64,000 nt of DNA from Octopus vulgaris (taxonomy: Eukaryota), in assembly GCA_951406725.2 (NCBI GenBank), contig OX597817.1, forward strand, positions 9,982,001-10,046,000, read 5' to 3'. A program made the translations under genes and the position numbers. The notes below the pieces were generated by a model that was given only the letters and a program-made list of their open reading frames with translations, was not told the origin of the DNA and searched no databases. How positions within the stretch are numbered: position 1 is the first letter of the stretch; the number at the start of each line of letters is the position of its first letter. Below are positions 27,246-41,600 of this stretch, one piece after another.

Positions 27246-28794
27246 TTTAGAGAATTTTTATTGATGTAATTTTGAAGTGTAGAACCGATGGTATATTTCT
27301 ATTGTAGCTACGTATTTGGCTAAATGTTTCTATAAGAATCTTGTGTGACAATTATCATCATTTGTCTCTTATCTATTTTTTCTTGCTGCTTGTATTTCCG
27401 TTTCCCTTTCAGTGGATTCTGAGATATTTTCAATTTCTTTTGAACTCTCAGTTATATTGTATATAGTCCTTTCTGTTGGGTCGCCTTCTTTTTTCAGGTG
27501 ATTTTTGAGTGACCCATTCTGCTTTGATGTATTCAGTAGTTTCCAAATGCTTATGTTTTTTGATTGTTGACGTTTGTGTATTTTCAACCTGCATTATTTG
27601 TACGTTTGTTTTTCTAGACCTGTTTCTACTATATTTTGGTGAGTTCCGCTACTAGTGAACTTGTATTTATTTTCTCTCTAGCTCTAACATCTTTATTATG
27701 ACATTTATGTTTGTTGGATATATCATGGATACCTACTAACTATTTGATAAATTGTTCCTTGGGCCAAAACTCTCTTTTATCCGTTACTTGTATTTTATTG
27801 GCTGCTAGCAGTCTGAGGTGGGTCATGTTTGTTTACAGTTAGTCTCAGGTGAGAACACTGCTTCTGAAGCGCCTGTTACCTTAGTTTTATACTGGGCTCT
27901 CATCAATGTCACGATACAGCATTCATCATAGAATATTGGTGATTCCGATATCGTTTTTATTACTCTATGATTTATTAACATAGCTAATTAATTTTTGAAT
28001 ATCGTTGGTTTCATTTTCGGTTGGTTCGTCTTGTTTTCTTCGTATTCCTTTGCTTCTTTATTCGCTATTTTTACATATGTTGTATGCTATTTAAGCAATA
28101 TGGAGTGGTTTATAAACCCATGTAACACATAAAAAATGTAATTTTCACCTTGTTTTTGGATATGTTTACGAGTGGAAATTGTTTCCAAGTCCATGCTGTT
28201 ATTCACCCTGGGCATGTTTATTACTTTTGTTGTTGTTGTTGTTGTTGTTGGCATCGTATGTAGAATCTTCACTGGATACAATACTGATGAGTTCTTTTCT
28301 TTTTGCCTAAATTTCTTCTTTCGTTTTTTATCGCTGAAGTTGTAAAGTTGTAATCATTGTTTTTGGCGGATGTATCCAGGTTTCCACTGAAACATTTTTT
28401 TTACCTCATTTTAATCAGGGAACGGGTGTGTTCCGGTTCTATAGCATTTTCGGATATAAATTTTCCAGCAAAACCATTTTAGGAGGTAACTAGAACAATT
28501 TTAAATGGTGAAGGGAATTTAAGAGAAAATATATTCACAATTCTCCTCTAACCTCGTGCATCAACAAGCTTACTCGTCGTAGTACAGTAGCAAGTCTTCC
28601 ATGTGCGGCGGGAAACACTTCCATTGAAGGTAAATTAAGAATCTAAAAGAACCTGAAAGCAACAACAGCGACGACGACAGCAACAACAGAACTACTGCAA
28701 CTTCAATAATAACAATAACGAAACCAACAATAACAAAATATTCAGCAGGAAACATTAGTGGGAACTATAAGGGTGCTAACAGCAGCAGCTGCAG

Positions 28795-29220
28795 AGGCGG
28801 ACGTTCAAGAATTTGGTCCTGGAGATCTCCATTTCCAGCGATTGCGAGGGCCACCTTCCAGGGGTGTCGGGCGTCAACGAAGAGTCCTGGACTACAACAA
28901 GACAACCAAAGTTTTTTTTTTCCAAGGTCTGGGGTCTCCCGCCTCTAAGCCCTAGACCAGTGGTTTTCAACCAGGGTTCCGCCAGTACAGTCCAGGGGTT
29001 CCGCAAGAAGTTACAAAAATGCTAAAATCGACAGTAATTTTTAATTATCCTGTGCAGATATGTGTGCATAAGACTATTAAATTATTGCACAGGGGTTCCT
29101 CGAGCCAGTGAAATGTAATCTTGGGGTTCCGCTCCAGCAAAAAGGTTGGAAAGCACTGCCCTAGACCATCACCTAATCACCTTTTCCCGTCTTGTTGCTT
29201 AACAATAACAACAACAACAA
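28795..29220 (+). mobile_element. 3' end of an unclassified LINE-type retroposon with (AAC)n tail, interrupted by a hAT MITE
   Basis: Homologous to 36013-36211 (reverse complement); ends in ACAACAACAAC. Confidence 0.75.
28958..29158. mobile_element. hAT (Charlie-like) MITE with 8-bp TSD
   Basis: TIRs CAGTGGTTTTCAACC / GGTTGGAAAGCACTG; TSD CCCTAGAC at 28950-28957 and 29159-29166. Confidence 0.93.
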
Positions 29221-29399
29221 CAGCTGCAGTGGCAACAGCAGCAAAGTAAACAAAAACAAGACAACATCAGCAACTGAAACGACGACAAATCCATGAAAAT
29301 AAAAACATTCTTCCCACACGTTACAGATCCATGGAATTCTTATTTTCTGGTAAAGAAAAGCGAGTGGTATTGAAGTTATATAAATGATAACATTCGCCT

Positions 29400-30790
29400 T
29401 AGAGTCATATCACTCGCAGAAGAGGTGATGTTGTGTCCCAAAAAATGAAGCATAATTTACAAGCACATCAATGCCACGGAAAGAAAGTCACAATATCCAT
29501 CCCCCGTTGAAATCGAGATATTTCTGGAATGGAAATGTGATCACTGTAGCATGCTTTACCCGAGGAAAGTAACATAGGATTGTGATCGTTGTCTGCAGCA
29601 GCGAGCATAAAGTTAGTAAGATGGCTACAACAATTTGCTCTTCTCATTTCTTTGTGATTTTATCCATATGTATGAGACGTTGTGTGACCAAAGTCTGGAG
29701 GCACAAACATACCTCCTCATAGGCACCTGGCCAGTGCAATGTCCATGCTAGAGGAGCATGTGGAAATTATAAGTAAGAAATCCAGCTTCATCATAAAAAA
29801 TGGGAATGTCAATGGAGCTCCGAAAGCTGTGCCTTGTATGCCAAACTCCTAATTCGGAGAATGAGAGTATATGCAGGCAGCTTGGAGAATAGAAAACGCG
29901 AAGGTTATAACATCTGGGATTGATTGTGAGCATCGTCGACGAGGAAATTCTGAGTAGTCTCTTCTGGAGAAATTTTAGGTCAAGTATTACTCTCTCTCTC
30001 TCTCTCTCTCTTTTACTCTTTTACTTGTTTCACTCATTTGACTGCGGCCATGCTGGAGCACCGCCTTTAGTCGAGCAAATCGACCCCGGGACTTATTCTT
30101 TGTAAGCCCAGTACTTATTCTATCGGGCTCTTTTGCCGAACCGCTAAGTGACGGGGACGTAAACACACCAGCATCGGTTGTCAAACAATGCTAGGGGGAC
30201 AAACACAGACACACAAACACACATACATATATAAATACACATATACGACAGGCTTCTTTCAGTTTCCGTCTACCAAATCCACTCACAAGGCATTGGTTGG
30301 CCCGGGGCTATAGCAGAAGACACTTGCCCAAGATGCCACACAGTGGGACTGAACCCGGAACCATGTGGTTGATTAGCAAGCTACTTACCACACAGCCACT
30401 CCTGCGCCTATTGTGGACAACTTCTAAAATTCTTTGAAATAGCAATGCTACAGTTGTATGAGAGCTGTTCAGACATGGAATGGAATCGTCAACAGCCAAA
30501 TCTGTCCAAGAATCATGCAGAAAGACCAAAGCAATCCTGCACGTTATTGACCAGTGTCCATGCATTAACAATTTGTGGGCTTGTGTTGAGCAGTTGCTGT
30601 TACGTATAGGAAGAATCCAGCTGACCACTGAGTTTATACTGAAGATCGACGCAACACCATACTTTGACAAGGAAAGGAGACAAATGTTTCTCCGTTTGGT
30701 AGCTGTGACAAAAGAATTGATGTGGTTGGTGGAATCGTCTGAAATGCTTGAGCAAACTCTCACCAACCTCTTCAAATACCGTTTTCAAAT
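29400..30790 (+). mobile_element. Decayed L1/Tx1-like LINE ORF2 C-terminal region, interrupted by SINE B
   Basis: VDEEILSSLFWRNF..VDNF..QCY, and ILHVIDQCPCINNLWACVEQLL (zinc-knuckle HxxxxC..W remnant)..FLRLVAVTKELMW. Confidence 0.7.
29988..30408 (-). mobile_element. SINE family B, full length
   Basis: Near-consensus family B copy. Confidence 0.92.
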
Positions 30791-31611
30791 CCCCTCTAGA
30801 TCAACTTTGCCATTCATCCTGGAGTCGACTGAATCGACGAACTCCCTCCCACTAAAATTGCTGGCTTTTTGTCTCAAGCAGAAACATTTATTATCAACGT
30901 TGATATTGTTACAGCGAAATGACTGACCGATTAAAATTTTTGCACTAATTTGCTGCGTTCCGAGTTCAAATCAGCCACCATTTGACATTGGTATCTCTGC
31001 CTCTAGAGACGGGGTCAGCAAGATAAATACCAGGAATATCCCAGAATTTTATTCAATACGTAATCACTTCCCTTAAAACTGTGTAACCTCCTGTTAATGT
31101 AAGGTCAATATTTGTTTTCCTTATATTTAGAATGAATGTTTTCATCTTTCTTCACGTGATTAACTGAATATTGATTACGATACAGAATTATAATAGGTTA
31201 ATATAAAAGCGCTTACGTATACACACGCGAGTTTACAAATATTCTCATAGAAATACTGACAGACTCAACCACAACAGAATCTCGATTAAATCTTTGTGTA
31301 ATGGTTAACATTATCATCTGCCACTGAAAACTGACAGAAGCAGATGAAAGAAAGCTATCAGAGTGTTGCAAAAGGTCACAAGAGTCTGCTGGATGCTATC
31401 GGCCCTCCACAAGGAGTGAAGACATACTGTCAGATAAATCCATCCATCAGTGTTGCATAACTTGCAAAATTCTGCCGACTTAGCTTCTGGCTATTCAGCT
31501 GCTCACATCTCCTTATATAGAGCAGATTTATCTTCATGTGTGTGTGTGGGGGGTATGGTAGTGTGGGGGTTATGGTAGTGTGGTAGTGTGTTTTCTAGTG
31601 TGTGTGTGTGT

Positions 31612-31688
31612 GATAGATAGATAGATATATAGATAGATCGATAGATAGGTAGATAGATAGGTAGATAGATAGATAGATAGATATATAG

Positions 31689-31783
<95 letters not shown>

Positions 31784-31785
31784 TA
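31612..31785. repeat. (GATA)n microsatellite
   Basis: Seen directly. Confidence 0.95.
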
Positions 31786-31908
31786 TTTCATTGGGGGTTC
31801 CTCTGCGAATTATAATGGAATGTCGCTTCTTAATATATATATATACCAGGTGGTGCTATTAAGTTAGACATAATAATGGCGAAACCTACAAAGTATATAT
31901 ATATATAC

Positions 31909-31956
<48 letters not shown>

Positions 31957-33880
31957 CATAGATACAAATATGTATGATATGTGTGCGCGTGTGCGTAGCC
32001 TCTGTGTGTGTGTGTATATATACATATACATACATTCTACATATCAGTGTTTGTGTTTCTATGTGTATTTGTGTTTTGGATACTTATTTTATCGGGTCAT
32101 CAGGTCACATCCACTCCGATCATCTTTTGTATGACGATATCAATAATTCTACTTGATAATCCTACTTGCCTGCTGCTATTTGTTAATGGACATGGCAATT
32201 CGTAATGAATAAGATTGGATCCCAATCCCTGTAGCACTCCTTATTATACCCGGGGACTGTTATATTACAAACCCACTACTTAAAGTGTTATGCTATATTT
32301 GCCCACCGTTCTCATATACAACTAATTGGGGTGTTTTACTGGGAAGTTAAGGTTTTCAGCAGAGAAATATGGCTCTTGCTTGTGACCTGATATGAAAAAG
32401 AAATTTTAATTCTATACGTTTTTTAAAACAACACATAATTATTTTGGTAAATATAACCCGATAGCTGTTATAGCGGTTAGTTCATTGAGTCGGTATAATG
32501 TTACTTTCTAGAATTAGTAACTTTTAATTCCCCCTTCTCATCGTCTCTTCATCTCTTTCACTTTTTATCTTCCTCTTCCTCTCACTCATACATCTGTTAT
32601 TAACTGTTAACAGACTAGCGAATGCTCTCATTAGCTTACAGAGATGAGTTCAAATATTATTTAGAGCGAAATTGTTGATAAGCTAACGTTACTATTCAGA
32701 AAGAAGAGGCAGATGTCTCTCAATCACTTAAAGTTGTGTAAGCTAGAGATAAGCTTTAAAGTGGTTATCGGGCTTAGGTACGTGATATAGTTACGCATGT
32801 GTGGTTAATGAATCCACTGTAACTTGCTTTAACGGTCACTGTTTCACTATTTCTACAAAATAATCCTGGTTTCATCAATTTTCCACCAATCTCTATCTTG
32901 TCCATGGTCTGTTTGAATCTCTATATGTATGCTTCCTAAGTAAATAGGAAAGCATTTTGTTTTCCTAACATTTATAATTCTATATAACATTACCTACGTA
33001 ACCATTAAGAATTTGATTGGGTTATGTTATGTGCAAGCATTGATCGTTGGGATAGTTGACACATCTCATTCTCTTATCTTTTATATTATGGTTTTAAGAA
33101 ATAATCTGGTCTTTATATCATGGTTTTAAGAAATAATCTGCTTTTTATCTAACGCGATTTTACTGCTATTAATAAAAGACACACAAGAAAATTAATAGAA
33201 CGCATTCGTGAGAAATGAAGTGAAGTATAAGATCTTTCCATCACCGAGTCGTCCATGATGTGACTACAATAATAAGAAAATGCGCAGAGAATCATAATTA
33301 ATTTTGTCACATTTCTAATTGAGAAGAATATTGAATGTAATTAAAGGAAGCTGTGAAAAGGACGATAGGTGGTCACTGGAGACACTGGAATTAAATATCA
33401 AATAACTTTAAAATAATATCTTTCCTGAAGGACACGTTGGGTAATTGAGTTCTAGATACACTGATTCTTAAAGGATTGAAGACAGCCAAAGTTCAGTCAA
33501 GTTCTAAGTAACAGTTTCAAGTTCCACTTTTAAAGGAAAGTGTGGTGACGCGGGAAGTTCTCTTACTAGTGAATTTATTGAAACAGGAATAACAAATATT
33601 ATCAGTGTGAATAGGAATATTCTAAATATATGCCTGCAGATTGATGAATAACAGTTCGGCAAGAACTCGAGCTCGTGTTAAGGTGATATTATGGTCTTTG
33701 GGATTCATTGATTAGCCCCACTTCGAGGTTCTAGGCCTTCATCCGCATATTCACATATCTAGTATACTATATTTATGTTTCAACTGGTCTCTCATCCTCC
33801 CCTCCAATTTCTAACTCGCCTACTTTGTGCATACACTCCATACAAGACAAAAATAAATTTTCCTCCTCCTCCTCCTCCTT

Positions 33881-33915
<35 letters not shown>

Positions 33916-34473
33916 TATCATCATCATTGTTAGGGCGGAAGGTGGCAGAATCGTTAATGCATCAGAAAAATCGCTTCGCGGCATTTTCTCCAGCTCTTTA
34001 CGTTCTGAGTTCAAATCGCGCCATAGTCACCTTTGTATTCCATTATTTCGAGGCCGAAGAAATAAATTTGAAACAGTTATTATTACTATTGACACGGATA
34101 GATATTTCTTAGATATAACGAAAGTATTTCATCATTCAAGAGCTGAAAGGCTGCAGGAAAATAAAAAAGACAAATATTCGAATTTCTCAATGGTAATGAA
34201 TAAATATATACGAAAGCTTACACGAAATGACACGTAAAAAATAAAACAAGGTATCTACCATTAAAATAAATGCACCTCGCTGGCATCAGTAAGTAATAAA
34301 AGGAAAAATATGGGAACGTTAATGGTTTTTATTCTGCTGCAGGCATTGTCACCATTTTTTTCAATCGCCGGAAACTAACGAAGCCTGCCGAAAGCTCGAA
34401 CAAAATTAACCTTTTTCTTTCTCACACTCTCACTCAATCATTGTCTATCTATGTCCATCTGACTTTTTCCTCT

Positions 34474-34526
<53 letters not shown>

Positions 34527-34750
34527 TCTCACTCTTTCTCTTTCTCACTTACTCGCTGGTAAAAATACAAACGCTTCCATACAGTCCAATTAGTAACCTG
34601 TTGATGGCCAGGTGTGTAGAGAACAACATTTTATATACAAATTTCAGATACAGAGATTCACTATGTATAGAGGTGGGGTAAAGTATTTATGCCTATTATA
34701 ATGTATGTGTGAATTTATTCTCCACGTATCATTCTATTTAGGTTATATTT

Positions 34751-34781
<31 letters not shown>

Positions 34782-34815
34782 TATATCGTGCGTGTGTATG
34801 TGTAAACAATATCTG

Positions 34816-35035
34816 TTTCTTTATTACCCACAAGGGGCTAAACACAGAGGGTACAAACAAGGACAGACATAGGTATTAAGTCGATTACATCGACCCCAGT
34901 ACTTAACTGGTACTTAATTTATCGACCCCGAAAGGATGAAAGGCAAAGTCGACCTCGACAGAATTTGAACTCAGAACGTAACGGCAGACGAAATACGACT
35001 ACGTATTTCGCCCGGTGTGCTAACGTGCCAGCTCG
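34816..35035 (-). mobile_element. SINE family A
   Basis: Reverse complement of the family A consensus. Confidence 0.9.
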
Positions 35036-35949
35036 ATCGCATATAGACTCAATGTTGGTGTTTTGTTTGTTCGCCAGACTCACCGTGGGTTAGCGCTTGG
35101 GAGAGAACTCTATTATAACACTGGATGTCAAGAGACCTGAAAGCTATAGACAGGTGAGACACCTCGACTTGGATCGATGGATACCGATATTTCGATATTT
35201 TTGTGGCTTATAAACGTCACGTATTTGATACGAATCGAACTGCCACACCCGTGACTATGTATAAATAATGTAAAAACTATTCGATGATGTACCACGGCGA
35301 TGCACATGTAAGATTAAATTCAATAACGATTTAAAAGCAGTGATATAAACATTATCGAGCAACGTTAGGTGAAGTGTTTCACTCCAGAAACCCGGTCCAG
35401 GAATTGAAACCACGATCTCGCGATTGTGAGTGCAGTGCCTTGCCCACTAGACAATGTGCCCTCATACATACATACAAACATACATACATGCATACATACA
35501 TGCATACATACATGCATACATACATGCATAGAGGCAGACAGACAGACAGAAATACGACACACACATACATGCATACATGCATAGATCCAATCCATCACTG
35601 GAACTGTAAAAGTCTAAAACTTTCTAGAAGTTTATCATTTAAATATATATGATAATGTCTTGATCAGCAACTATATACAAGAAAATACGTTCATAAAACA
35701 TACAAATTTACACATACACACACACATACATACATATACACACGCATACATACATACATACATACATATACACACACACACACATACATACATACACACA
35801 TACATACACATATACATACACACATAATACACACATACACACATACATACACTCATAATACACTCATAATAAACACATTCATACACACATACATACACAC
35901 ATACATACATACATACACACAAAAATACATACATATATACATGCATAAA

Positions 35950-36415
35950 TACACACAAAAATACCCTGTTACTGATGTTGAAATTCCCATGAAGGAAACT
36001 TGGATCTAGGTTGTTGTTAGGCAACAAGACGGGTAAGGGTGATTAGGTGATGGACAAGAACTTAGGGGGCGGGAGACCCCAGATCTTGGAAAAAAAAATC
36101 TTTGGTGGTCTTGTTGTAGTCGAGGGCTCTTCGTTGACGCCCGACACCCCTGGGAGCTGGCCCTCGAAGGCGCTGGAAATGGAGGTTTCCAAGTCCAAAT
36201 TCTTGACCGGCTGGATCTAGGTTAGAAACCGGTTCTTTCTCTATTGGCAAGAAATCTTTAAATAAGCTGAATAATTACATACATACATACCTACATACAC
36301 ACAAAAATACCCTGTTACTGATGTTGAAATACCCATGATGGAACCTTGGATCTAGGTTAGAAACCGGTTCTTTCTCTATTGGCAAGAAATCTTGAAATAA
36401 ACTGAATAATTACAT
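35950..36415 (+). repeat. Two tandem copies of an ~115-bp unit (PLE pseudo-LTR-like) in (CATA)n; copy 1 interrupted
   Basis: ACACAAAAATACCCTGTTACTGATGTTGAAAT...GGATCTAGGTTAGAAACCGGTTCTTTCTCTATTGGCAAGAAATCTT..AATAA.CTGAATAATTACAT occurs twice. Confidence 0.85.
36013..36211 (-). mobile_element. 5'-truncated retroposon with (AAC)n tail and 12-bp TSD
   Basis: TSD TGGATCTAGGTT at 36001-36012 and 36212-36223; same family as 28795-29220. Confidence 0.88.
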
Positions 36416-36914
36416 GCATACATGAATGCGCATGTCTTTGTCCGATGCCTCGTTACTTAACCTTATCGAAATCATTCCAATTTTCTTTCCTCTTCAGCAA
36501 TATTTATACGTTATTGATATGATCTATCAATAGCAATTTTTTTTTTAGTCAAATTTTATTTGAATTTACGGTAGAACATATTTTTGATTTCACTTGTTGC
36601 AATATGATTGATGGGTTTTTCAATATTTCTCTGTAAAGTGGTTTTGCTAAGCGGGGAATTAGTCGATCCTTCTGGCAGCTATCATCGTTTACTCACATCT
36701 TCAGGCGATTAAACTAGGGAAGTTATATCCAGAAGCATCAAGTTTTCGTGTTGTAACGTTATGCTAATAGTTTCGGATGATGAATGTCATCTGGCCCACT
36801 CCTTCATTTCTGGCAAATGCCAATATTTATCACGAGACATTTAGAAACAATCCACGCATGCACACCGTATACACAAACACGCACGCATATATGCGTGTGC
36901 ATGGATTCAGTTGT

Positions 36915-36933
36915 ACACACACACAAACACAGA

Positions 36934-36980
<47 letters not shown>

Positions 36981-36988
36981 ATGTATGT

Positions 36989-37054
<66 letters not shown>

Positions 37055-37059
37055 GTGTT

Positions 37060-37092
<33 letters not shown>

Positions 37093-37183
37093 GTATGTAT
37101 ATGTATAAGCTTCTGTGACAAGGATTGATATCTATACTTCCATGATTTGGCATGTATGTATTGAAAGTTCTTGTTTGTATGTA

Positions 37184-37258
<75 letters not shown>

Positions 37259-37303
37259 TATGCATTTGTTCATACATACGTATTTATATAGATACAAACA
37301 TGC

Positions 37304-37398
<95 letters not shown>

Positions 37399-37445
37399 CA
37401 TAGATAGATAGGTGGATGGGTAGATGGATGGATGAATGGATGGAT
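36915..37445. repeat. (TA)n/(TG)n/(GATA)n microsatellite block
   Basis: Seen directly. Confidence 0.95.
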
Positions 37446-37557
37446 ACTCAACTTTCCGAAACGTAAATTGTTATATCCTTTGTTTATTAGATAAAAAGTT
37501 TACAGATCTAATTCAGTTTTGATTAGGAGGTAATCTGGTCGAAATGAAAACTATATA

Positions 37558-37775
37558 TTTAACATTGTCCCGAGGGAGATCAAAGAGGAAAAGGATCCCA
37601 TCAACTTTAAACGGAGTCTGGATAGATTCCTTCAAAGAATACCAGATAAGCCACCCATAATTGGATACAACTCACCCAACAAGAACTCACTACTTGAACA
37701 AAACTTGACTTAAACAGGATTCGAATAATCCTATCAGGTGGTGCTATTAAGTTAGACATGGCCTGGTTATCTAAG

Positions 37776-37778
<3 letters not shown>
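37558..37778 (+). mobile_element. CR1-like LINE 3' end followed by (TA)n
   Basis: FNIVPREIKEEKDPINFKRSLDRFLQRIPDKPPIIGYNSPNKNSLLE; the UTR motif CAGGTGGTGCTATTAAGTTAGACAT recurs at 31847-31871. Confidence 0.8.
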
Positions 37779-37819
<41 letters not shown>

Positions 37820-38549
37820 CATTTGTAAACAATACTGGTGGTGCTCCAGCATGGCCGCAGCTTTGGGCTGAAACATTTTAAAGGATTTTAAGGACTTAAT
37901 ACTGCTTCCCATCTCTGAAACACAATGAACAGAATGACGTTCAAGTGTTTTTGCAATACTGTCAGAACAAATGAAACGAAGAACCGTTGACAGAAATTAC
38001 AAAGAGATGCTGTTTTTAGACTAATTCCTACATTTTTCGAATATATATATATATACAGATATATACAGATACACATGAACGGCTGGTTTCCACACAGTTC
38101 CCGTCTCCCAATTCCACTGAATTGTTAGATATTTTACGAAAGCAACTTCTAAAGAAACCAGAAACGCACAACCACTGCCGTGCAAGTGTCCTCCCTCTTA
38201 TACATAAGCACACACAGACACACAAACACACACGTGTGCATAAGTACACATATGCACACAAGCAAACACACACATGCATATATTGATTTACTTTATATGC
38301 TGCAAACTTCAAACACCTATCTTTATTTTGACTGATAAGAATGGTAAGTATATACTCGCCTTGATATCAAATTTGGCGCTTCGTGCTATACTGTTTCATT
38401 CTCATAAGGCCTGACGTATTGCATGGATGATGGAAACCTTATAGACCATCACATTAACTACTTAATTAATTAAAACTATATCAGGTTTCGTAATATATAT
38501 TCATCAGTTCAAATTTTACCGTGGTCGATTTGCCTTATGGGATTACCTA

Positions 38550-39110
38550 TCTATATACTACTAAAACTCTCTTATTGCTTGCTTGCTTGCGTGCTTGTCT
38601 GTAATTTAATATAGCCAAACTGGCGCATAATGGGAAAATACTCTGAAAGTAAGGGACCCTTGAAATGTGAATAGAAACGGAATAAAACAAGTTTCGCGTA
38701 AATCGGGCCACGGATTCCCGAGGTACGTGGCTTTTTGGGGACACCATCATAAATATCCAACCAGGCGCATAATGGGAAAATACTCCGAAAGTAAGATAAC
38801 TCTCAAAAGGGAATATATAATACTATGGAAATTGTGTCTATTAATTTTATGTCTATGTTATATAACAATTCATTTTGCATTTTTGTAGAAGTGTGCACAT
38901 ATACCATAAATAAGTGCTGTTACTGGAATTCAAGTTTATCCCGGAAGTTCTGTTTTTGCACTTGTAACCAGACCTATGATGACACGAATTAATTGAAATA
39001 ATTGACTGAATCTTCATGATATTAACTTTCATTTCAATGCAATGTTGAAATCAGCTTCACTGTTTTATAACCTGAACTGTCAGTGGCCCAACGGGTCACG
39101 GGTAGTCTAG
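38550..39110 (+). mobile_element. Non-autonomous Helitron
   Basis: A|TC 5' end (TCTATATACTACTAAAA), hairpin GTGGCCC-AAC-GGGTCAC at 39083-39099, CTAG|T 3' end; internal direct repeat GGCGCATAATGGGAAAATACTC.GAAAGTAAG. Confidence 0.9.
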
Positions 39111-39212
39111 TTAGAATGTATATCTGTAAGAGAGTAAGATTGATTCAATTAATTGAACATCCTGTTTTGAGGGAGATAGTGTGCCTGCGCGTATTATACA
39201 TTCATTCATAAA

Positions 39213-39296
<84 letters not shown>

Positions 39297-41189
39297 ATTA
39301 AGTACCAGTCAAGCACTGGAGTCGAAATTGCTGGCCTTGTGTCAAAATTTGCGATCAGTATTAGTATCATTTCGTGTCTGCATAAGAGGTTTCCATTATT
39401 TCTGAACTTGTCAAAAGTTCAAAGACTTAAAGAATCTGGATTTGTTCTTGTTCACTAGAAAATAGTTTGAAACAGTGAAACTAGACTTATCACTTTAGCA
39501 CAAATTTTGTGACGGGAGTTGTAATGAGAATGCTACGTATCATCCTCCCGACTGGACCCAATCATTATCTAAGTTGGTTTAAATTTTGGGGTAGCTATAT
39601 TTGCTGATTGCTAGTTTAATACTTTCATGTTTTAAATTTTTGATTACTAGGAAAATGCTTCTATTTCTTTTGTCTATTTTAATAGACGATTCGTTTCATC
39701 AATCTCTGAAATAAGTTTTTCTTTTCTTTTTTTCTGAAAAGAAATATTTGTTTTTGTTTTGCTTTGTTTATTGTTTTCAGTTTTTCGAATTTGTTCCTTA
39801 TCATTACTCTCCAACTACTAAATCTCTAAGGTTATTAAGTGCAGGATAAATATCCTATGAGTAATAAGTTTGTCTGGGATGTCTGTCGAAATTGTAAACA
39901 TTCTCTCATAAAATAATCTTTTGAAACGCACCAACTTTGATAGTGGCATCACTTTTTACTTAAGCAATCCTGATAAAGATACGTGTTGTTCCAAGTTTTC
40001 AGTTTCAGAATATTCCGACTGAAATCTTACTTTTCCATATTTAATTCTATTAACATCGGAAACTGCGCAGTTAGTAAAGATTTTGTTTTGTTTGCTCCGT
40101 TTGTTTGGTTTCTTTCGACTAAAATTACCTCTTTTATTATTATTCATTTTATTTTGTCTTCTGGGTCAAATACCGTTATAAAATTCTTTGAAATATACTT
40201 AAGAAAGCAAAAGGAGTGAACGAGAGATAGATAAAGAGAAAGAGAGAGGGGAAGAAAGAGAAGAAACGGAGAGAGAGAGACGGTGAAAGCAGTGAGAAAA
40301 AGACAAGAAGAGTGAACGAGAGAGACATATTTACATAACGTCCTGGTTTCTTTCAATTTTCTTCATTCTGTCTGAAACACTTCAAAATATAATTTGATAT
40401 TCCTATATGGAGATAGAGCATTTCAGCTATTCTTCATCTGAACATAGATTTCACGTACTTTTTTGTCGATATATGTGTTTGCGTTAAGTATCTTACAGAT
40501 TAACAAAGTAAATAGAAGACGAAAGATGCATTATTTCCTACATGAGAAGCTTTTTACTTTTATTGTCTTTCAACTAGAAAGATTTAGTTCAGAGGTACTG
40601 CACTTCGAAGTCATTCACCATCCTTTTTCCTGAACGGCATGCGTAAAAATATTCAACTAATGTGAAACTTAATTTTACAATCTAAACATTCATTAATATA
40701 TGTCCAACAGAAATATTTTAGGTTCAGATTTTGGATCCATTTCTTTCAAAATATGACCTCTACTTTAAAAATCTAAATTAACCTACCCTTTGAAAAGTTG
40801 GCGGCGTATACCACGTTTAAGGAAGTCAAGTAGCAAATACCAGCTGGGTCAGACTTCATGTATATTCTAGACGTGGAATGCTTATTTTAGAGGAATACAA
40901 TACACAGTCGCCATCAATTTTTCAATGATTTTCTCTAATCTATTCATTCTAGAATCCAGTAATTTAGGATTAAATTCTCTCAAATTTAATTTATATCATT
41001 AGTTTCATAGTGACATAACCATAGGAAATTCGCCCGAAATATATCATTATTTATTTGTGTTGGCTACGCATTTCGGTATTTATCGATACACTGACACACA
41101 CACACAAAACACACATGCACGTACACAAAAATACACACACACATACATACGCATTCATACAAATATGCATACATAAAAATTAATCCATG

Positions 41190-41600
41190 TTCATCTGTCG
41201 GAGCAACAGTGACCATCAGTCGTCGTCAAGGATACCTTGCGTGGTGACCTTGTTTAAAGTGAAGAATAGTTGCGCACCGTCAGTCTCGCTCTCTCATCAG
41301 TGACCATCTTCAATCTAATGGCAAGGCCAGGTGAAGACGACTGGGGATAGAGACGGGTTCAGAGGATGACCAAGACGTTCTGCTTGACTTATCTTCCTCT
41401 CTACATCTCACAATACATTGCTGTATCCGCCTTCAACTCTATTGAACCACGGAAGTTTCTTCAGCAGAGTCCACCGAATTCAGACTTCACATACATGGGA
41501 TGGCAAGCCTTAATATGCTGTTTAGCTGGGACCCTTATACGTGCTACTAATCCGTGTCAGAGAAGACTTAGGATCAATAGTGGCTAAGAAGTGGTTCCAT
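41190..41600 (-). mobile_element. Probable RTE LINE 5' UTR remnant
   Basis: GC-richer island; AAACTTCCGTGGTTCAAT..GTTGAAGGCGGAT..TTGGTCATCC..TATCCCCAGTCGTC resembles RTE-BovB-type 5' regions (recalled, not aligned). Confidence 0.4.

Noticed and set aside
30480-30926. 148-aa ORF as a host gene
   Set aside because: Better explained as a frameshifted Tx1-like ORF2 C-terminus continuous with remnants upstream of the SINE.
33077-33145. 32-bp tandem duplication (also a 16-bp duplication at 21251-21282)
   Set aside because: Ordinary slippage duplications with no further structure.
38470-38512. CUGAUGA...GAAA on the minus strand
   Set aside because: No convincing stem I, II or III.
41515-41590. 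Possible HDV-like ribozyme at an RTE 5' end (GCUAA motif)
   Set aside because: Only a simple hairpin could be built; no P2/P1.1 pseudoknot partners found by eye.
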